The notes beneath the pieces were generated by a model. That model was not told the DNA's origin and did not search any database. It worked only from the letters and a program-made list of their open reading frames with translations. A program made the translations under genes and the position numbers. This document shows, piece by piece, positions 37,501-45,562 of a stretch of 64,000 nt of DNA. The stretch lies in the NCBI GenBank assembly GCA_044226015.1, contig JBGAHS010000006.1, positions 320,001-384,000 on the forward strand, in the 5' to 3' direction. Every line of letters begins with the position of its first letter. Position 1 is the stretch's first letter. Origin of the DNA: Candidatus Obscuribacteraceae bacterium. GTDB lineage: Bacteria; Cyanobacteriota; Vampirovibrionia; Obscuribacterales; Obscuribacteraceae.

Positions 37501-39252
37501 GATATTGCCGTTGGTGATGCTTATTGGTGCCTCGATTTTCGGAGTGGCAGTCACGAGATACACGCTACCGGCGAGTCCGCCGCCACCAGAAGATGTGTTA
37601 ATACCACCAACAGTTATGACAGAACCACCGGTGGGGTCACTCTTAGCTCCGGCAATAATTGTTACTGAACCATTATTCAGTCCTACACCGCCACCGTTTG
37701 TGTTAATCGCAACACTTCCCAGATTCACTGTTCCTGGAGTAAATGAGCTTCCTTTGCCTGTACCGGCGAATGCAGTAATGCTGACGTTTCCACCATTAGC
37801 AGTTCCAACCGTAGAAATTGGGTTGCTGAAAGCGCTGAAATCAACCGCCCCACCTGTAACACTAGGACCGAGGATCGTGAAAACAGAGCTAATATCACCA
37901 TTTCCCTGGGTGCTTGTTGATGAGCTTCCAGTGGCACTCGAAGAAACCGTGAAATTGGCACCAGACATGACGAAAAGAGGAAAGCCGGTGGCTCCATCTA
38001 GCGTATTGATTGAACCAGCATTGGTACCAATAATGTCGCCAGAAGCAAGCAACGCAACAGGTGCACCTTGAATGACCGTTCCACCGGAGATAGCACTGTT
38101 GACACTCAAACTACCATTCGTATTGAAAAATACGGGGTCTTCAGTAAAGGTCATGTTGCCCAAATTGAAGGTTCCACTGTTGACACCTGCGTGAATATTG
38201 CTGGCAGTGATGTTTACCTGTCCAGTAGCGGAATGCGTGTTCATTTCCACATTACCGTTACCGCCAAAAATATTGACGTTGTTCGATAGCAAATCACCAC
38301 CCATTAAGGTGGTGTTGTACTTACCAGAGAAAAGCGAATCGCGCACATTTATGTCGGCCGCTAGGGCGGAAAGTACGCCATTAGTATTGTTGATGTTGAT
38401 CGAGCTTGGCAAAGCAGACAAGACATTGAGGTTGCCTGCAATTGTGGTTAACGCACCACTGTTCACTATGTTGCTGGAGACGAGATTTAGTCCATTGGCA
38501 GCGGTAATCACACCAGCATTAGCGAGACCTGCGTGTCCAATGTTTGAAATGGTGTTACCAGCAGTGAAAGTGAGGCTGTTGGCTCCAGTTATCTGACCAT
38601 AGTTAGTGATACTGCCTGCAGCGATGAGGTTTAACGCAGTGGCACTGCTAATAAGAGCACCATAGTTATTCACAATGTTGGCAGCGCTAATCGTTGCACC
38701 ACCAATGAGATTGCTTATTCTTAAAGCACCTGAATTGGTCAAATCTCCGAGAATGTTCAGATTCGAAACACTGCTGAAGGAGGTAACGCCTTTTGGAATT
38801 ACGAGGCTGCTTATATCGAAGTTAAATTTCGGACTAAGGCTGAACGAACCACCAATAGCATTACCATTCATACCAAGTCTGATCGTCTGAGCTCCGGTGG
38901 AGATTACTTGCCAAACAGCGAGACGTTCGGCAGGAGTTAGAAGCGATTGCGCATCAATTACTCTGCTGCCAGTGCCACTACGAATACTGATATTGTTGTC
39001 ACCAAGATTGACGGGCGCTTGCAGAGTGCGGTTGGTAGAAGACAAGTCGAAGTTGAGTGTCGAAGCGTGAGCACCGTGCGTCATAGGTGTCGCACCCGGA
39101 CGAGACTGTGCCATGACAACCTGCGTCGACGACAGTCCCAAATTCAATGACACCGCCAGTAGTGTAACTGCAGATAGTGTCTTTTTCGCAGTATTGCCCT
39201 GTACATGAGAATTCCAAGCAGAAGCAAACGGCTTCTCGCGATTCGAAAGCAT
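28555..39252 (-). CDS. 3565-aa filamentous-haemagglutinin-like beta-helical surface protein with a C-terminal FecR-like domain
   Basis: Extended signal peptide and GAGGA RBS. G/N/S/T-rich beta-helix repeats (GGxGGxIxI). C-terminal FTLKTGSMF..VIHTDLADVHAKKGSLFSV..VAVCSG..LTAGEEVVI resembles FecR. Confidence 0.88.
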   Translation of the reverse strand: MLSNREKPFASAWNSHVQGNTAKKTLSAVTLLAVSLNLGLSSTQVVMAQSRPGATPMTHGAHASTLNFDLSSTNRTLQAPVNLGDNNISIRSGTGSRVIDAQSLLTPAERLAVWQVISTGAQTIRLGMNGNAIGGSFSLSPKFNFDISSLVIPKGVTSFSSVSNLNILGDLTNSGALRISNLIGGATISAANIVNNYGALISSATALNLIAAGSITNYGQITGANSLTFTAGNTISNIGHAGLANAGVITAANGLNLVSSNIVNSGALTTIAGNLNVLSALPSSININNTNGVLSALAADINVRDSLFSGKYNTTLMGGDLLSNNVNIFGGNGNVEMNTHSATGQVNITASNIHAGVNSGTFNLGNMTFTEDPVFFNTNGSLSVNSAISGGTVIQGAPVALLASGDIIGTNAGSINTLDGATGFPLFVMSGANFTVSSSATGSSSTSTQGNGDISSVFTILGPSVTGGAVDFSAFSNPISTVGTANGGNVSITAFAGTGKGSSFTPGTVNLGSVAINTNGGGVGLNNGSVTIIAGAKSDPTGGSVITVGGINTSSGGGGLAGSVYLVTATPKIEAPISITNGNITNGDSISFSTINNGSINVGSAGKLGNIAVETSPVTILAGKNINLNGSISTGGFNTISPLGPGGVVTLVAGNNIQSSTLSNFSITSSGQAKQFTASPIIMTAGASYTVTGKHTYLSGGLNDKIETTIRVVGSSSTGGNINLPTLNNITANGGPVNGNIGAAGGNVSITAFASSSNPSTTGQLSMPDVAISTGGTASGSLNVSSSSNLNGDVVIVAGGSKGSAASAPTTINLASVSGGIDTRGGNQGGGNITVVTSTPLTNASAPFVLTYNTTATSSALTSTGSLGPSANLLNAGATVGKMNAAGGYFQVPPTTGNATTATTTITVRAGGALNLNSNISNANNTLPAGGSPGMIPSSITNLESGGLMTFLNSASVSSDAQSANSTAGYGVNGGTINIRAASFASAGAIPVSASGLSGYSPYNGSGPLDATGGDGGTINITTTSTSAGAVNINNAANSFTINAPSDTVGGNGGTLNVKAALGINVTPAAITMAPSVNNLADSGFGTQYADGRGANINLTAGSTVSIAGTLNADGAPSTLSGASGLPGGNGGSINIVMNSSQAFNIGQATVGGNGVSGNGLLTANGNLGTTQSYGSGGTISVKNTGTGGIIVQGGALQVQGADATSGLLGTANLSYVGGSGGQIFLEGKIVQSTGNIDASGGSSSVARGSGDGGLIQITTNSTTPFVIDPNAVLSATFNGVKGNLTANGNVSGGGSPSGLIYSTLPTGSGGTIKVINQGGGITIGSTAVVSVAAANASSLLGTIGGDGGNILLTANGAIQSAIGLSANGGTESAPTAISASSVASTTITVSSTVGLYAGQVVGLAGLNGSSAPQNEAVAISAVLSSTQFTVFNVVNSYVSSITVQPYFTSGNGGTIVLNSNSATPFAVGTPSSASNSVGTLSATGYSGGTITVSNIGKGGIQVAASAINSNPIAPASVIGPTLIGFGGFGGNVNLLAVNGPVGVLSSISVNGVGNPTSNPSIGGFGGNIVITTNSTSAFQIGASGPSVTNGVVGSLISNGGSGVGGNGDAGTITVTNLGTGGISATNGSILLQPGTSTFGAAGNGGQLSLQAVKGNLAIGGGINVNGGTSHSSQFADGLGGSVSLTSNSTGAFTVNGLGVLVNGVGGVINAAGWAGGSITINNLGKGGINVASNGLSVAANDANLSVTKNGQDVGGPGGQIVLQAAQGNVLVNGSLSVNGGAQLQSNSSGNFLLSAGAGGQIAILSNSATPFTVGATTTNGVTGSLFANGSNGGVVNISAKGAGGIIVAQPTSIFVTGQAGGNCASCNGTANTLIVNGGNGGAIYLSATGTNGKVFISGNAQSGGLSASGGPAQDSSATFPAGDGIGNGGIISIVTNSTTPFNVGNAAANGNGVGTGGGGLVAAGNNGGSIGIKNLGTGGIQFDPALISVSSAGGASSVNSALPAGNGGNIDLEAPTGIITATASGNLSASATNVTAGTGSNGGSVTINAKQVNMTTTFPLTITANASTNSGDTGIGGSIFITQTTTTAAQALNIGRSTPLNMSVAGSPGNLTSGSILVSSPAGINIPGGLTSGDSSGSITLVVAGANPITQAGTTDIQTGTLNVKVGTGGTGPTGLDVNVQNLSVVSTGGNVNISSQNDLTVISATLTGSTTATMNIGVSNGDLTIAPSGPVGQSMTVVSSGPLSLSANGSGTGNLKIDGSVYAPTITLDASGGTATGGAISTGLNATIYAPNKLLLSLGVDGTSNGPISTQTALLNLTTNGSSSVSISNFGNLVVSNTTTVSTNMITIVNVGSLAINGGLKAETVNLNTITGFNSADSITLNGVVGAGTATSSVNINSAGSLQQTAIGLVSANSVSLMSMTGNIGFLSRTANSSNVYTPSGSSFNVDLVPNGSTAGSLTVTTNASPIGGAGNVYINITNSGSNPSANADFASINAGGDVYLTGNLTNGGSFGVSNILSFNGAITILNSNTSSGTINLNSNISAQGGPLTVQNNNAVGSAAINVADGVVLSGTGWLFNGLASSNSVNTQAGVALISGAFPSTPVVGSQPSNVTPSGDNSNFYYGLGANVGSADLNASSTASSTSIVLQGASANSINIGNGVVVNSTSSILNISSLDLTNAGIRNALIALQGNPSSGVSGKLSGTGTGTLNFDTTTASVPFSLANLNAMNIPSGLTLTFANFGAANPVSVNAPTTGTSKINGTINFQAVNGISTGSPTPNAFVTDAHMFFNTSVVGQVLNIASSGVISSDNNLGIYIGGSSTIAGKLSAGSFGTLGIHAGQATLATTSPTSTTVSAGTITMTKASLSAGTIGDGGVVRVFAPNVTGSGSSITANESSLWVTAGVNYQLKGVTPTLVKSGELTAFSSFTTGTTSIFTTVGVNTKIAAVSTSNINNLMLIAAGPVSITQTNPLTVAGIVLNDLSIASDKITVAPVSGFVFNMSDLGANNISFTTKELLNTAGTIYSNNSQTKVNVFATTGQALKVTMTDGINSGTVFGGNGLTITSAAGLTINGGNFTANTGLIAINESKTGMSINGATFTAGTLNGLPVAPVLTPNEIQSRGDIKITVGPGGLSTTDAATFISNGGSVSIVSTGALNLSGNYTANGGNISILNSNKVTSTTDFFANAAAVGTVATNAVGGIIEITAGTNLSQINNLSTVPGTLPTDPLFVQPEGGPPLPLGSNVAINNNASGSVNYGTGSVLQNVTAGATYNLGNSATTQSVMNLFGGGMVFSVGSGASLTMQGADLTVNSLTPISFKDRNHSTLDLEFNGDDDESGATAHVFAPGYNESLLLTGKGINSLEESGSAKLTARKAASQFTLKTGSMFMNPICDTVIHTDLADVHAKKGSLFSVSTEEGGLRVAVCSGPGHVSLHVGESEITLTAGEEVVISDHKLSEAEQGKADGIGRRHFSNYKLSANRHVSICEISLSSVIGNWSGLSASSTENNHVAKQISGKMLKTAAALHVVTQSHGAYQSRARKSEHNKRQVLVPVNYSSDSRTRLRASAE

Positions 39253-39286
39253 TAGATTGTCCTCTTATAACTTCTTGTAAATCAAC

Positions 39287-39311
39287 AGCCAGACGGCATC
39301 ACCGTCTGGCT
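39287..39311. terminator. Intergenic stem-loop between the thaumatin-like and giant adhesin-like genes
   Basis: AGCCAGACGG-catca-CCGTCTGGCT is a perfect 10-bp stem. The U-tract on the minus strand is weak, so it may be a partial terminator or an mRNA-stabilising hairpin. Confidence 0.55.
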
Positions 39312-39322
39312 TTCAAAACTTC

Positions 39323-40408
39323 TTACTGATGAGTGCCAGGTGGGCATGTTCCGGGAGGAGAGAGAGGTCCTAGATAGTTGACCTGAATAGTTCCACCGAA
39401 CTTCTGAACGCCTGCCACTGTAGCTGAGCGATTGAACTTACAACCGTTGCCCGAAGGAAAACCATTCTTGGCAGAGCAGAATTGTGCATTCGGAGTACCG
39501 TTTCCTGTGCACGGCGGGTCCGGGTCCGGGAAGGCATTGCATATGGTGCATCCATAGGGATACACACCCGGCCTAGCTACACCGGTGCGAGGATCTATGC
39601 AATTGTTGTCGCATTGATGAGCGATGTCTACCCACGAATTCTGGAAAGACACAGTTGACCTGAAGTTAGTTGCGTTGCCGTCAGCGGTCCAGAACGGACC
39701 AGTGCTCGGAGGAGTGACTTGCACCTGCAAGGTGCAGTTAGCACCATTCACACAAGTGATGTCCATCGATTCACCGCTAGGAGCACCAATTAACTGCGAA
39801 GGATTTCCAGGATTGTTGATGACAGTCTTGCCATTCACTGTTCCAGGCAAATTAATGGTGCATTCGAAGCCATTTGTACCGTTTGGCTCAGGATTGAGCT
39901 TGCCGTTGTTCAAGTTTGGTCCAGGAGTAGTCACAGGGAAACTGGAGGCACCGGTCGGGTTCGCAGTGCTGTCAGGACAGATAGCAGCAAATGTACCGAA
40001 GCCAAAGTTCATACCCTGCAGGCAAGCGCTCGGCTGACCGGTGTACTTATTGATGCCGGTGTTCAGCAACTGAACTCTGTGTCCTCTCTTCAGCATGAAC
40101 CATCCTTTGGTTGGTGCACCGAATTGAGTGAGTGGCTGTGGCGTCCCGTTAACTGAGAGATCGATCCACTTCAGAGTCTGTACGGTACCCGTGGGACATC
40201 CATCTTCCTGCGCACAGGCGGCAGGATTGACACAGAAGCCCGGAACCTGCACTCCTACCGGAACGTCAGCATTCGAAGCATTGTAAAAAACCAGCTTCGT
40301 AGCGGTCGCCGGTCCCTGCTGAGCCTCAGCCACCGGCATCGCCCATGGTGCCAACAACTGGCAAGCGATGGTGGCTGCAGCTGCAGCCATCGTAAAAATC
40401 TTTTTCAT
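39323..40408 (-). CDS. Secreted Cys-rich protein, thaumatin/osmotin-like fold likely
   Basis: Signal peptide from ATG 40408 (MKKIFTMAAAAAT..AEA) and many Cys. TNGFECTIN and SMDITCVNGANCTLQVQVTP resemble the thaumatin TLAEFTL and YDVSLVDGxNLPMxVxP motifs. Confidence 0.75.
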   Translation of the reverse strand: MKKIFTMAAAAATIACQLLAPWAMPVAEAQQGPATATKLVFYNASNADVPVGVQVPGFCVNPAACAQEDGCPTGTVQTLKWIDLSVNGTPQPLTQFGAPTKGWFMLKRGHRVQLLNTGINKYTGQPSACLQGMNFGFGTFAAICPDSTANPTGASSFPVTTPGPNLNNGKLNPEPNGTNGFECTINLPGTVNGKTVINNPGNPSQLIGAPSGESMDITCVNGANCTLQVQVTPPSTGPFWTADGNATNFRSTVSFQNSWVDIAHQCDNNCIDPRTGVARPGVYPYGCTICNAFPDPDPPCTGNGTPNAQFCSAKNGFPSGNGCKFNRSATVAGVQKFGGTIQVNYLGPLSPPGTCPPGTHQ

Positions 40409-40620
40409 CAAACCCCGCCTACAACCAAAAAAAATTCCAACCTGCGCCATTGTAGACGACCTCAGAGCATATAAGAGTCAATTAAAATATTTCTTTTTGT
40501 GTCAGCACTAAGGCTAAGTGTGCGTTGGCAGCTAGACCTAACCTTCATAAAAAAATAACAGCACACCAGTCCACTTGACAGGCTCTCGCTGCTAATATCA
40601 GCATTCCGCGTTTCAAAGTT

Positions 40621-42144
40621 GTGGATAGATTGATGGGCAAGAAACTGTTTATTTTGACTTCGTCGTTGCTGATGTTAATGACTGTCTCCCAGGTGCATGC
40701 GGCTCAACTGAATGCGTTGACACAGCAGGCATCTGAACAATTCGCTAAAGGCAATCTGAGCGCGGCAGTAGAACTCCAGGAAAAGGAACTGAAGCAAAAT
40801 CCGAAAGACTGGCTTTCACATGCATCGATGTCATTTTACGCATGGCATGAGGGCAACATCATCAAATCATCTGAAGAGGGTGAAACTGCTGTCAAACTGG
40901 CACCAGAGAGCTATCTTGCTCTTTCCAATCTTGCGGCAATCAAAGAAGGATTGGACGACCCTGCCAGCGCTATTCCTCTTTATGAAAGAGCGAGCAAAGT
41001 CGAACCCGGAAACGTTGAAGCTCACATCGGTTTAGCCCGATGCAAAAACAAACTAGGACAACCTGATGAGTGCACCAAGATGCTTTCTGAATTGGGTAGG
41101 AAAGAGCAACAGTCCTTCAATTGGTACTATGAGATTGCAGATACTCTGCTCCGTTGCGAGAAGCCTTTGCTAGCCGCACCTGTAGCAGAAAAGTGCGTAC
41201 CGCTGGCCAAGAGCGCCGATGAAATCGAAAAGAGTTCCATACTCTCTCTGATGTGCCTCATGCAGACAGGACAGTTTGCTAAAGCTGAGGCGCTACAAAC
41301 AGAGGTGTTCAACAAGTATTCAATTAAAGAGATGCAGCTATACGTGCGCACAGCCATATCCATGCTTCGCGAAAATAATCCTGAGGGCGGGAAGAAACTT
41401 CTTGAGACAGCGACGCGAGAACTTAAGAATCCTGAAGATTCCGATGCATTTTATCGACTTGGAAAAGCATTCGAACAAAAGACTATAAATCTCGCTGACC
41501 AGAACCTTTCTACACCATGGTTAGAGCTTTCAGAAAAGGCATTTTCGAACGCCTGCCAGTTAGGCAGAAGCACGAAAAACTACATCGCGCTTGCCGGCGT
41601 TTACAGCGCAGAAGGCAAGAAAAGCGAGATGGACAAAGCGTTAAAAACAGTTCTTGAAATTGATAATTCAGATCTGCTAGCGAAGTATTTGTTGTCTAGA
41701 TTACAAAATTCGGCGGCTCAGAGCCAGGACGCTCCAAAACTTGAAGAAGTTGAATTGACAATTGCAAATCTAAATTGCGGCTGCCATGTGGGTAAGGTCG
41801 TCAACGCAATGACAGAATTAGATGGTGTAGCTTACTCTTACATTCCAGCGAACATCAAACCATACAAGGGAATTTTGATCATAGACCGCAATAAAATTGA
41901 TGCGAAAACGGTTTTTGAAAAAACAACAGCAAAGGTGAAACAGATCTACGCCAGCATGGTTCCACCCCTGGTGCCTGATTTTGGAATAGTGAAAACCTCG
42001 AACCTGAGCTCCATCAGTCAAGCTATCGTCGACGCACAAAATATTCAGTATGGAAGCATAACGGACTTCTTCGTTTCATTTAAATCCGTTATGCCAACAG
42101 AACCTGTAAAAGCGCTGGCTACAAAAGCTGATAATCGGATGTAA
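40621..42144 (+). CDS. Exported TPR protein with C-terminal HMA-like (heavy-metal-associated) domain
   Basis: Signal peptide (..QVHA), multiple TPRs, and EEVELTIANLNCGCHVGKVVNAMTELDGV resembling an HMA domain. The start may be ATG 40633. Confidence 0.8.
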   Translation: MDRLMGKKLFILTSSLLMLMTVSQVHAAQLNALTQQASEQFAKGNLSAAVELQEKELKQNPKDWLSHASMSFYAWHEGNIIKSSEEGETAVKLAPESYLALSNLAAIKEGLDDPASAIPLYERASKVEPGNVEAHIGLARCKNKLGQPDECTKMLSELGRKEQQSFNWYYEIADTLLRCEKPLLAAPVAEKCVPLAKSADEIEKSSILSLMCLMQTGQFAKAEALQTEVFNKYSIKEMQLYVRTAISMLRENNPEGGKKLLETATRELKNPEDSDAFYRLGKAFEQKTINLADQNLSTPWLELSEKAFSNACQLGRSTKNYIALAGVYSAEGKKSEMDKALKTVLEIDNSDLLAKYLLSRLQNSAAQSQDAPKLEEVELTIANLNCGCHVGKVVNAMTELDGVAYSYIPANIKPYKGILIIDRNKIDAKTVFEKTTAKVKQIYASMVPPLVPDFGIVKTSNLSSISQAIVDAQNIQYGSITDFFVSFKSVMPTEPVKALATKADNRM

Positions 42145-42189
42145 TTCCGATTCCACGATTTCTTAACCGCAGTTTCATATCTTTCCATC

Positions 42190-42678
42190 ATGCGAGTGAC
42201 GGAGGAAATGGAAATGCAAGCCGAATTTGAAACCTACGAAATCAAACCCAAGAGCAATGAAGAGCAAGAGCAATTGAGCCAGCAGCTGTGGGATGGCTTG
42301 GAGCATTCGAATCTTCAAAATCGCCAAAACAATCAGCTGGACGATGCGACTTTATCGCAATCGCCAGACCATGACTTACCAAACATTGAATTGCATGATG
42401 GCACAAAACACGATGACACCATCCAGGCTAAATGCGCTGATGAATCATGCAACCGAGACTGGCAAAAGGAAATGGATACGCTCAGGTCAGAGATTAGTAG
42501 CGACATTCGAGGACTAACCCCTGCCGAACAGAATGCGATCCAAAAACTTCAGGAAGAGTATCCAACGAAGAATGGTGACTTTTCTAAATCAGTAGTGAAG
42601 TACCTTTATCTCCAGGGGCAAGAAGAACTGGCCAACAAGATGATTCGCCTGAGAGACATGAGCGGCATCATGTTCTAA
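42190..42678 (+). CDS. Acidic hypothetical protein
   Basis: 162-aa ORF with GGAGG upstream of the internal ATGs. No recognised domain. Confidence 0.7.
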   Translation: MRVTEEMEMQAEFETYEIKPKSNEEQEQLSQQLWDGLEHSNLQNRQNNQLDDATLSQSPDHDLPNIELHDGTKHDDTIQAKCADESCNRDWQKEMDTLRSEISSDIRGLTPAEQNAIQKLQEEYPTKNGDFSKSVVKYLYLQGQEELANKMIRLRDMSGIMF

Positions 42679-42964
42679 GGCTGCCAATTTCTTACTTGTG
42701 ATTTCAAGAAATAAATTGCATCCGCTTTTGGACCTGAGAAATAGCTTATCCTCGCATTAACAAACATCTATTGCATCTCGCTTACGGGCAATTTACATGA
42801 GCGACACTACCAACAAGAGGATACTATTTCGCACCCAACAGATATACGATCCAAACAATGATTCTGAATCAAAATGTTCGGATGCCTGACAATTCGTTTC
42901 TAATTTTTATCGATGCATTTTAGCCATATTTTGCTATCGATTTAATATCGAGAAAATACTTTCT

Positions 42965-43216
42965 GGGGGAGTGTACAGAGATACATCGCACTGCTAAAGT
43001 ATTTGCATGTTCGGTGAGCGATTGAAAAAGCAATCGCGTTGAGCCGAGGGGCAATGCGGAAACAGCAGGAATGCGCATTCCGGGAACAGCAGCAGAAAGC
43101 CCGTTTTACGTGAAGGATTGGCTGAAGCGTAGAAAGATATTGAGCCTCCCGCAAGAGGCAGCCAAGCAATAGCAATAATACCGCTGCGATTTAGTTCGAG
43201 CGGTATTTTTGTTTTT
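42965..43216 (+). ncRNA. Candidate structured ncRNA, copy 1 (family not recognised)
   Basis: Intergenic and homologous to 48067-48322 (minus strand). Kink-turn hairpin at 43010-43047, several stems, a pseudoknot-capable UUGGCU/AGCCAA pair, and a terminator. Confidence 0.75.
43177..43216 (+). terminator. Intrinsic terminator of ncRNA copy 1
   Basis: AATACCGCT-N13-AGCGGTATT followed by TTTGTTTTT. Confidence 0.85.
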
Positions 43217-43346
43217 GCCAGCACTATTTCCGGTCCATCTGCCTGTATCGAAAGTTCATTGCTTCACTCGACCGTTCATTCAACTCGTGTGATAATGCTT
43301 TCGCGCCATTCCATCAACCGTGAGCGCTTTATCTCAGGTGAACACA

Positions 43347-44066
43347 ATGGAAAAGAACGATAAAGCTGGATCTGATCGTGAGATAAAAAACGAAGCAAAG
43401 GCTCCGCCACCGAATAACCGTCCGACTGAAGCCAAGCCTCTTAATCGATTGCACAAAACGATGAAGATCGCCCTTATCATAAGTATGGTAATCGATTCAC
43501 TTTCTACATTCGTCATCACTGCAGCAAGCTTTCTGCCACCAATAGACGCCATTACTGAGAACACGCCATTACACATCATTCTTGTGCATATCGCAGTAAG
43601 TACACTCAGCTTCTGCCAAATCGGACTGGTTCTGGTTATAGGTTTTTCTTTGATTCAATGGATGTATCGATGCTACAGAAATCTGGAACTTATTGATCAA
43701 AAAGGACTTACAACTACAAGCAATTGGACGATTATCTGCTGGTTTATCCCATTATTGAATTGGGTGCGACCGTTTTTCATTATGAAGGAGATTTACTTCG
43801 GAACTGCGTCCGATGGGCGAAGCCTAAACATGGCGCAGAAAGCTCCGTTTTACATTAGTCTCTGGTGGACATGCTGGGTCACTCAAGGAATTATGGGACG
43901 AACATCGCAGATCATTCTAAACAGAGACCCAAGCAATATTTTGATCAACGTCCTATCAATCGGTTCGAACTTGTTCGAGATAGGAGCAGCTGTATTTCTC
44001 CTGCGAGTCATCAAAGAAATAACTGAGCTACAAAACCATAGAATTCCATCTATTCAATCGGTTTAG
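43347..44066 (+). CDS. DUF4328-family membrane protein
   Basis: QWMYRCYRNL, W..ICWFIPLLNWVRPFFIMKEI and LWWTCW are DUF4328-like motifs with about 4 TM helices. ATG 43347 has an AGGTG RBS (the track starts at 43320). Confidence 0.8.
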   Translation: MEKNDKAGSDREIKNEAKAPPPNNRPTEAKPLNRLHKTMKIALIISMVIDSLSTFVITAASFLPPIDAITENTPLHIILVHIAVSTLSFCQIGLVLVIGFSLIQWMYRCYRNLELIDQKGLTTTSNWTIICWFIPLLNWVRPFFIMKEIYFGTASDGRSLNMAQKAPFYISLWWTCWVTQGIMGRTSQIILNRDPSNILINVLSIGSNLFEIGAAVFLLRVIKEITELQNHRIPSIQSV

Positions 44067-44099
44067 TTGATACTCGCAAGAACTTGCTGATTGACGATT

Positions 44100-45440
44100 C
44101 TATCTCGTTTTGTCAGCATCTCTTGTAGCAAGCGACTTGGCCTTCATGAGAGCTGCGTACTTCTTTTGAATTTCGGGAATTGCTTTGCGAGCTGCTATCT
44201 CACCAGCATGAATTGCCTTGCGCGCATCATCGGGGTTGGCAGTCATGACTGGCAGTCCGCTAACGTCAGGGTTGATTACAACATCTGCAAACGGCAACTG
44301 GCGCGCGTCTGCAATTGCTAAAACAATATCTCCCATGCGCTCTGCAATTCCACCAATATGCCTAAATTTCTTCGCTGGCACAGATTTTAGTGGTTCGTCA
44401 ACAAGAACTGCAATAACCAGGTCTGCCCCCGTATCCTTAGCGGCTGATGCTGGAAGGTTAGCTCTGACGCCACCATCAATGAATACCTTGTTGTCGATCG
44501 CTACAGGCTGCAGAAGTGGAGGAATGGTGGAGCTTGCTCTTATCGCAGTCGACAACTTTCCATTACTTATTCTGTAAGCCTTACCATCGATCAGATTCGT
44601 AGCTACAGCTGAAAATGGTATTGGCGTATCCTCAACATTAACTACATTAGGTGGCAATTGAGACTCTAGGAACTCAGAGAATTTTTTTCCGGTCCAGAGC
44701 CCAGCGTAATGCTTCTTAAATGGGTGCATCAATTTAGCCAGTGGACTAATAAGAATTTTCGGTGGAATGCCACCTGGCTGGTAAGAACTTCGCAGAGAGT
44801 CATCCAACATCATGGTTTGAATTTTGTCCAACGGAACGCCAGCCGAATACAACCCGCCAATGATGCTTCCCATGCTGTTTCCAACGATGTAATCAATTGG
44901 AATACCGGCTTCTTTCAAAGCACGCAAGATGCCTATGTGGGCAGTTCCGCGAGCACCACCACCACCAAGCGCTAAAGCGACTGAAGGACGATGAGAAATT
45001 TTAGGACACTTCGCGCTTGCATCATCCTCGCTTTTGATGTGAGTTGCCTCACTGGCCACTCTATTTTTGTCATTTTGATTAACCAAGACCTTGCCGCTAG
45101 TTTTAGGATCTTTCGAATCTTCGGCTTCGGCTCCAAGATCTTGCTTCAGCTGTTCTTCTGCAACTTCTTCTGTCTCTTTGCTCTTATTATTAAAATCAGG
45201 GAACTCATCGATCGCATGTGTGTCGTGTGAACGATCCATATTGAATTTGTCTTTTCCAGAATTCGATTTGTCTGCGCTAGACAAATCACTCTTCTTTACA
45301 GATTCATCAGAACCCGCAACTTTGTCAAATTTTGCCTCGGCTATTGCTGCGTTATCAACTGAGTAACCGTCGCTTAATGACGCCTGTGGATAGCCGATTA
45401 GCAAAAATAGGGATGAGGCAAGTATTACAGACTTTCTCAT
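44100..45440 (-). CDS. Patatin-like phospholipase (RssA/NTE family), exported
   Basis: LALGGGGARG, GNSMG (GxSxG) and DGG motifs, plus a signal peptide. Confidence 0.93.
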   Translation of the reverse strand: MRKSVILASSLFLLIGYPQASLSDGYSVDNAAIAEAKFDKVAGSDESVKKSDLSSADKSNSGKDKFNMDRSHDTHAIDEFPDFNNKSKETEEVAEEQLKQDLGAEAEDSKDPKTSGKVLVNQNDKNRVASEATHIKSEDDASAKCPKISHRPSVALALGGGGARGTAHIGILRALKEAGIPIDYIVGNSMGSIIGGLYSAGVPLDKIQTMMLDDSLRSSYQPGGIPPKILISPLAKLMHPFKKHYAGLWTGKKFSEFLESQLPPNVVNVEDTPIPFSAVATNLIDGKAYRISNGKLSTAIRASSTIPPLLQPVAIDNKVFIDGGVRANLPASAAKDTGADLVIAVLVDEPLKSVPAKKFRHIGGIAERMGDIVLAIADARQLPFADVVINPDVSGLPVMTANPDDARKAIHAGEIAARKAIPEIQKKYAALMKAKSLATRDADKTR

Positions 45441-45562
45441 GAGAAACTCCCCCGGAGGACAAATGTCGTGGCGTATATCGAGTCCAAAAGTTCCTTGCGA
45501 TTTTGCTTTCGGTTTACAATTAAATTGTCTTGCAGTAAAGACTCGCCTTTCAGGTCCAAATA

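Noticed and set aside
40576..40600. Sigma70 promoter TTGACA...TAATAT before the TPR-HMA gene
   Set aside because: The spacer is only 12 nt, so it is not a canonical pair. An extended -10 is possible but unsupported.
42920..42936. Sigma54 promoter upstream of the RNA copies (TTGC present)
   Set aside because: No GG at the -24 position in either copy.
42942..43224. Short ORFs (77 and 76 aa) and their homolog at 48115-48327 as a duplicated small protein
   Set aside because: The two copies lose the shared reading frame through indels while conserving base pairing, and the ORFs are antisense to the terminator orientation. Conservation is at the RNA level.
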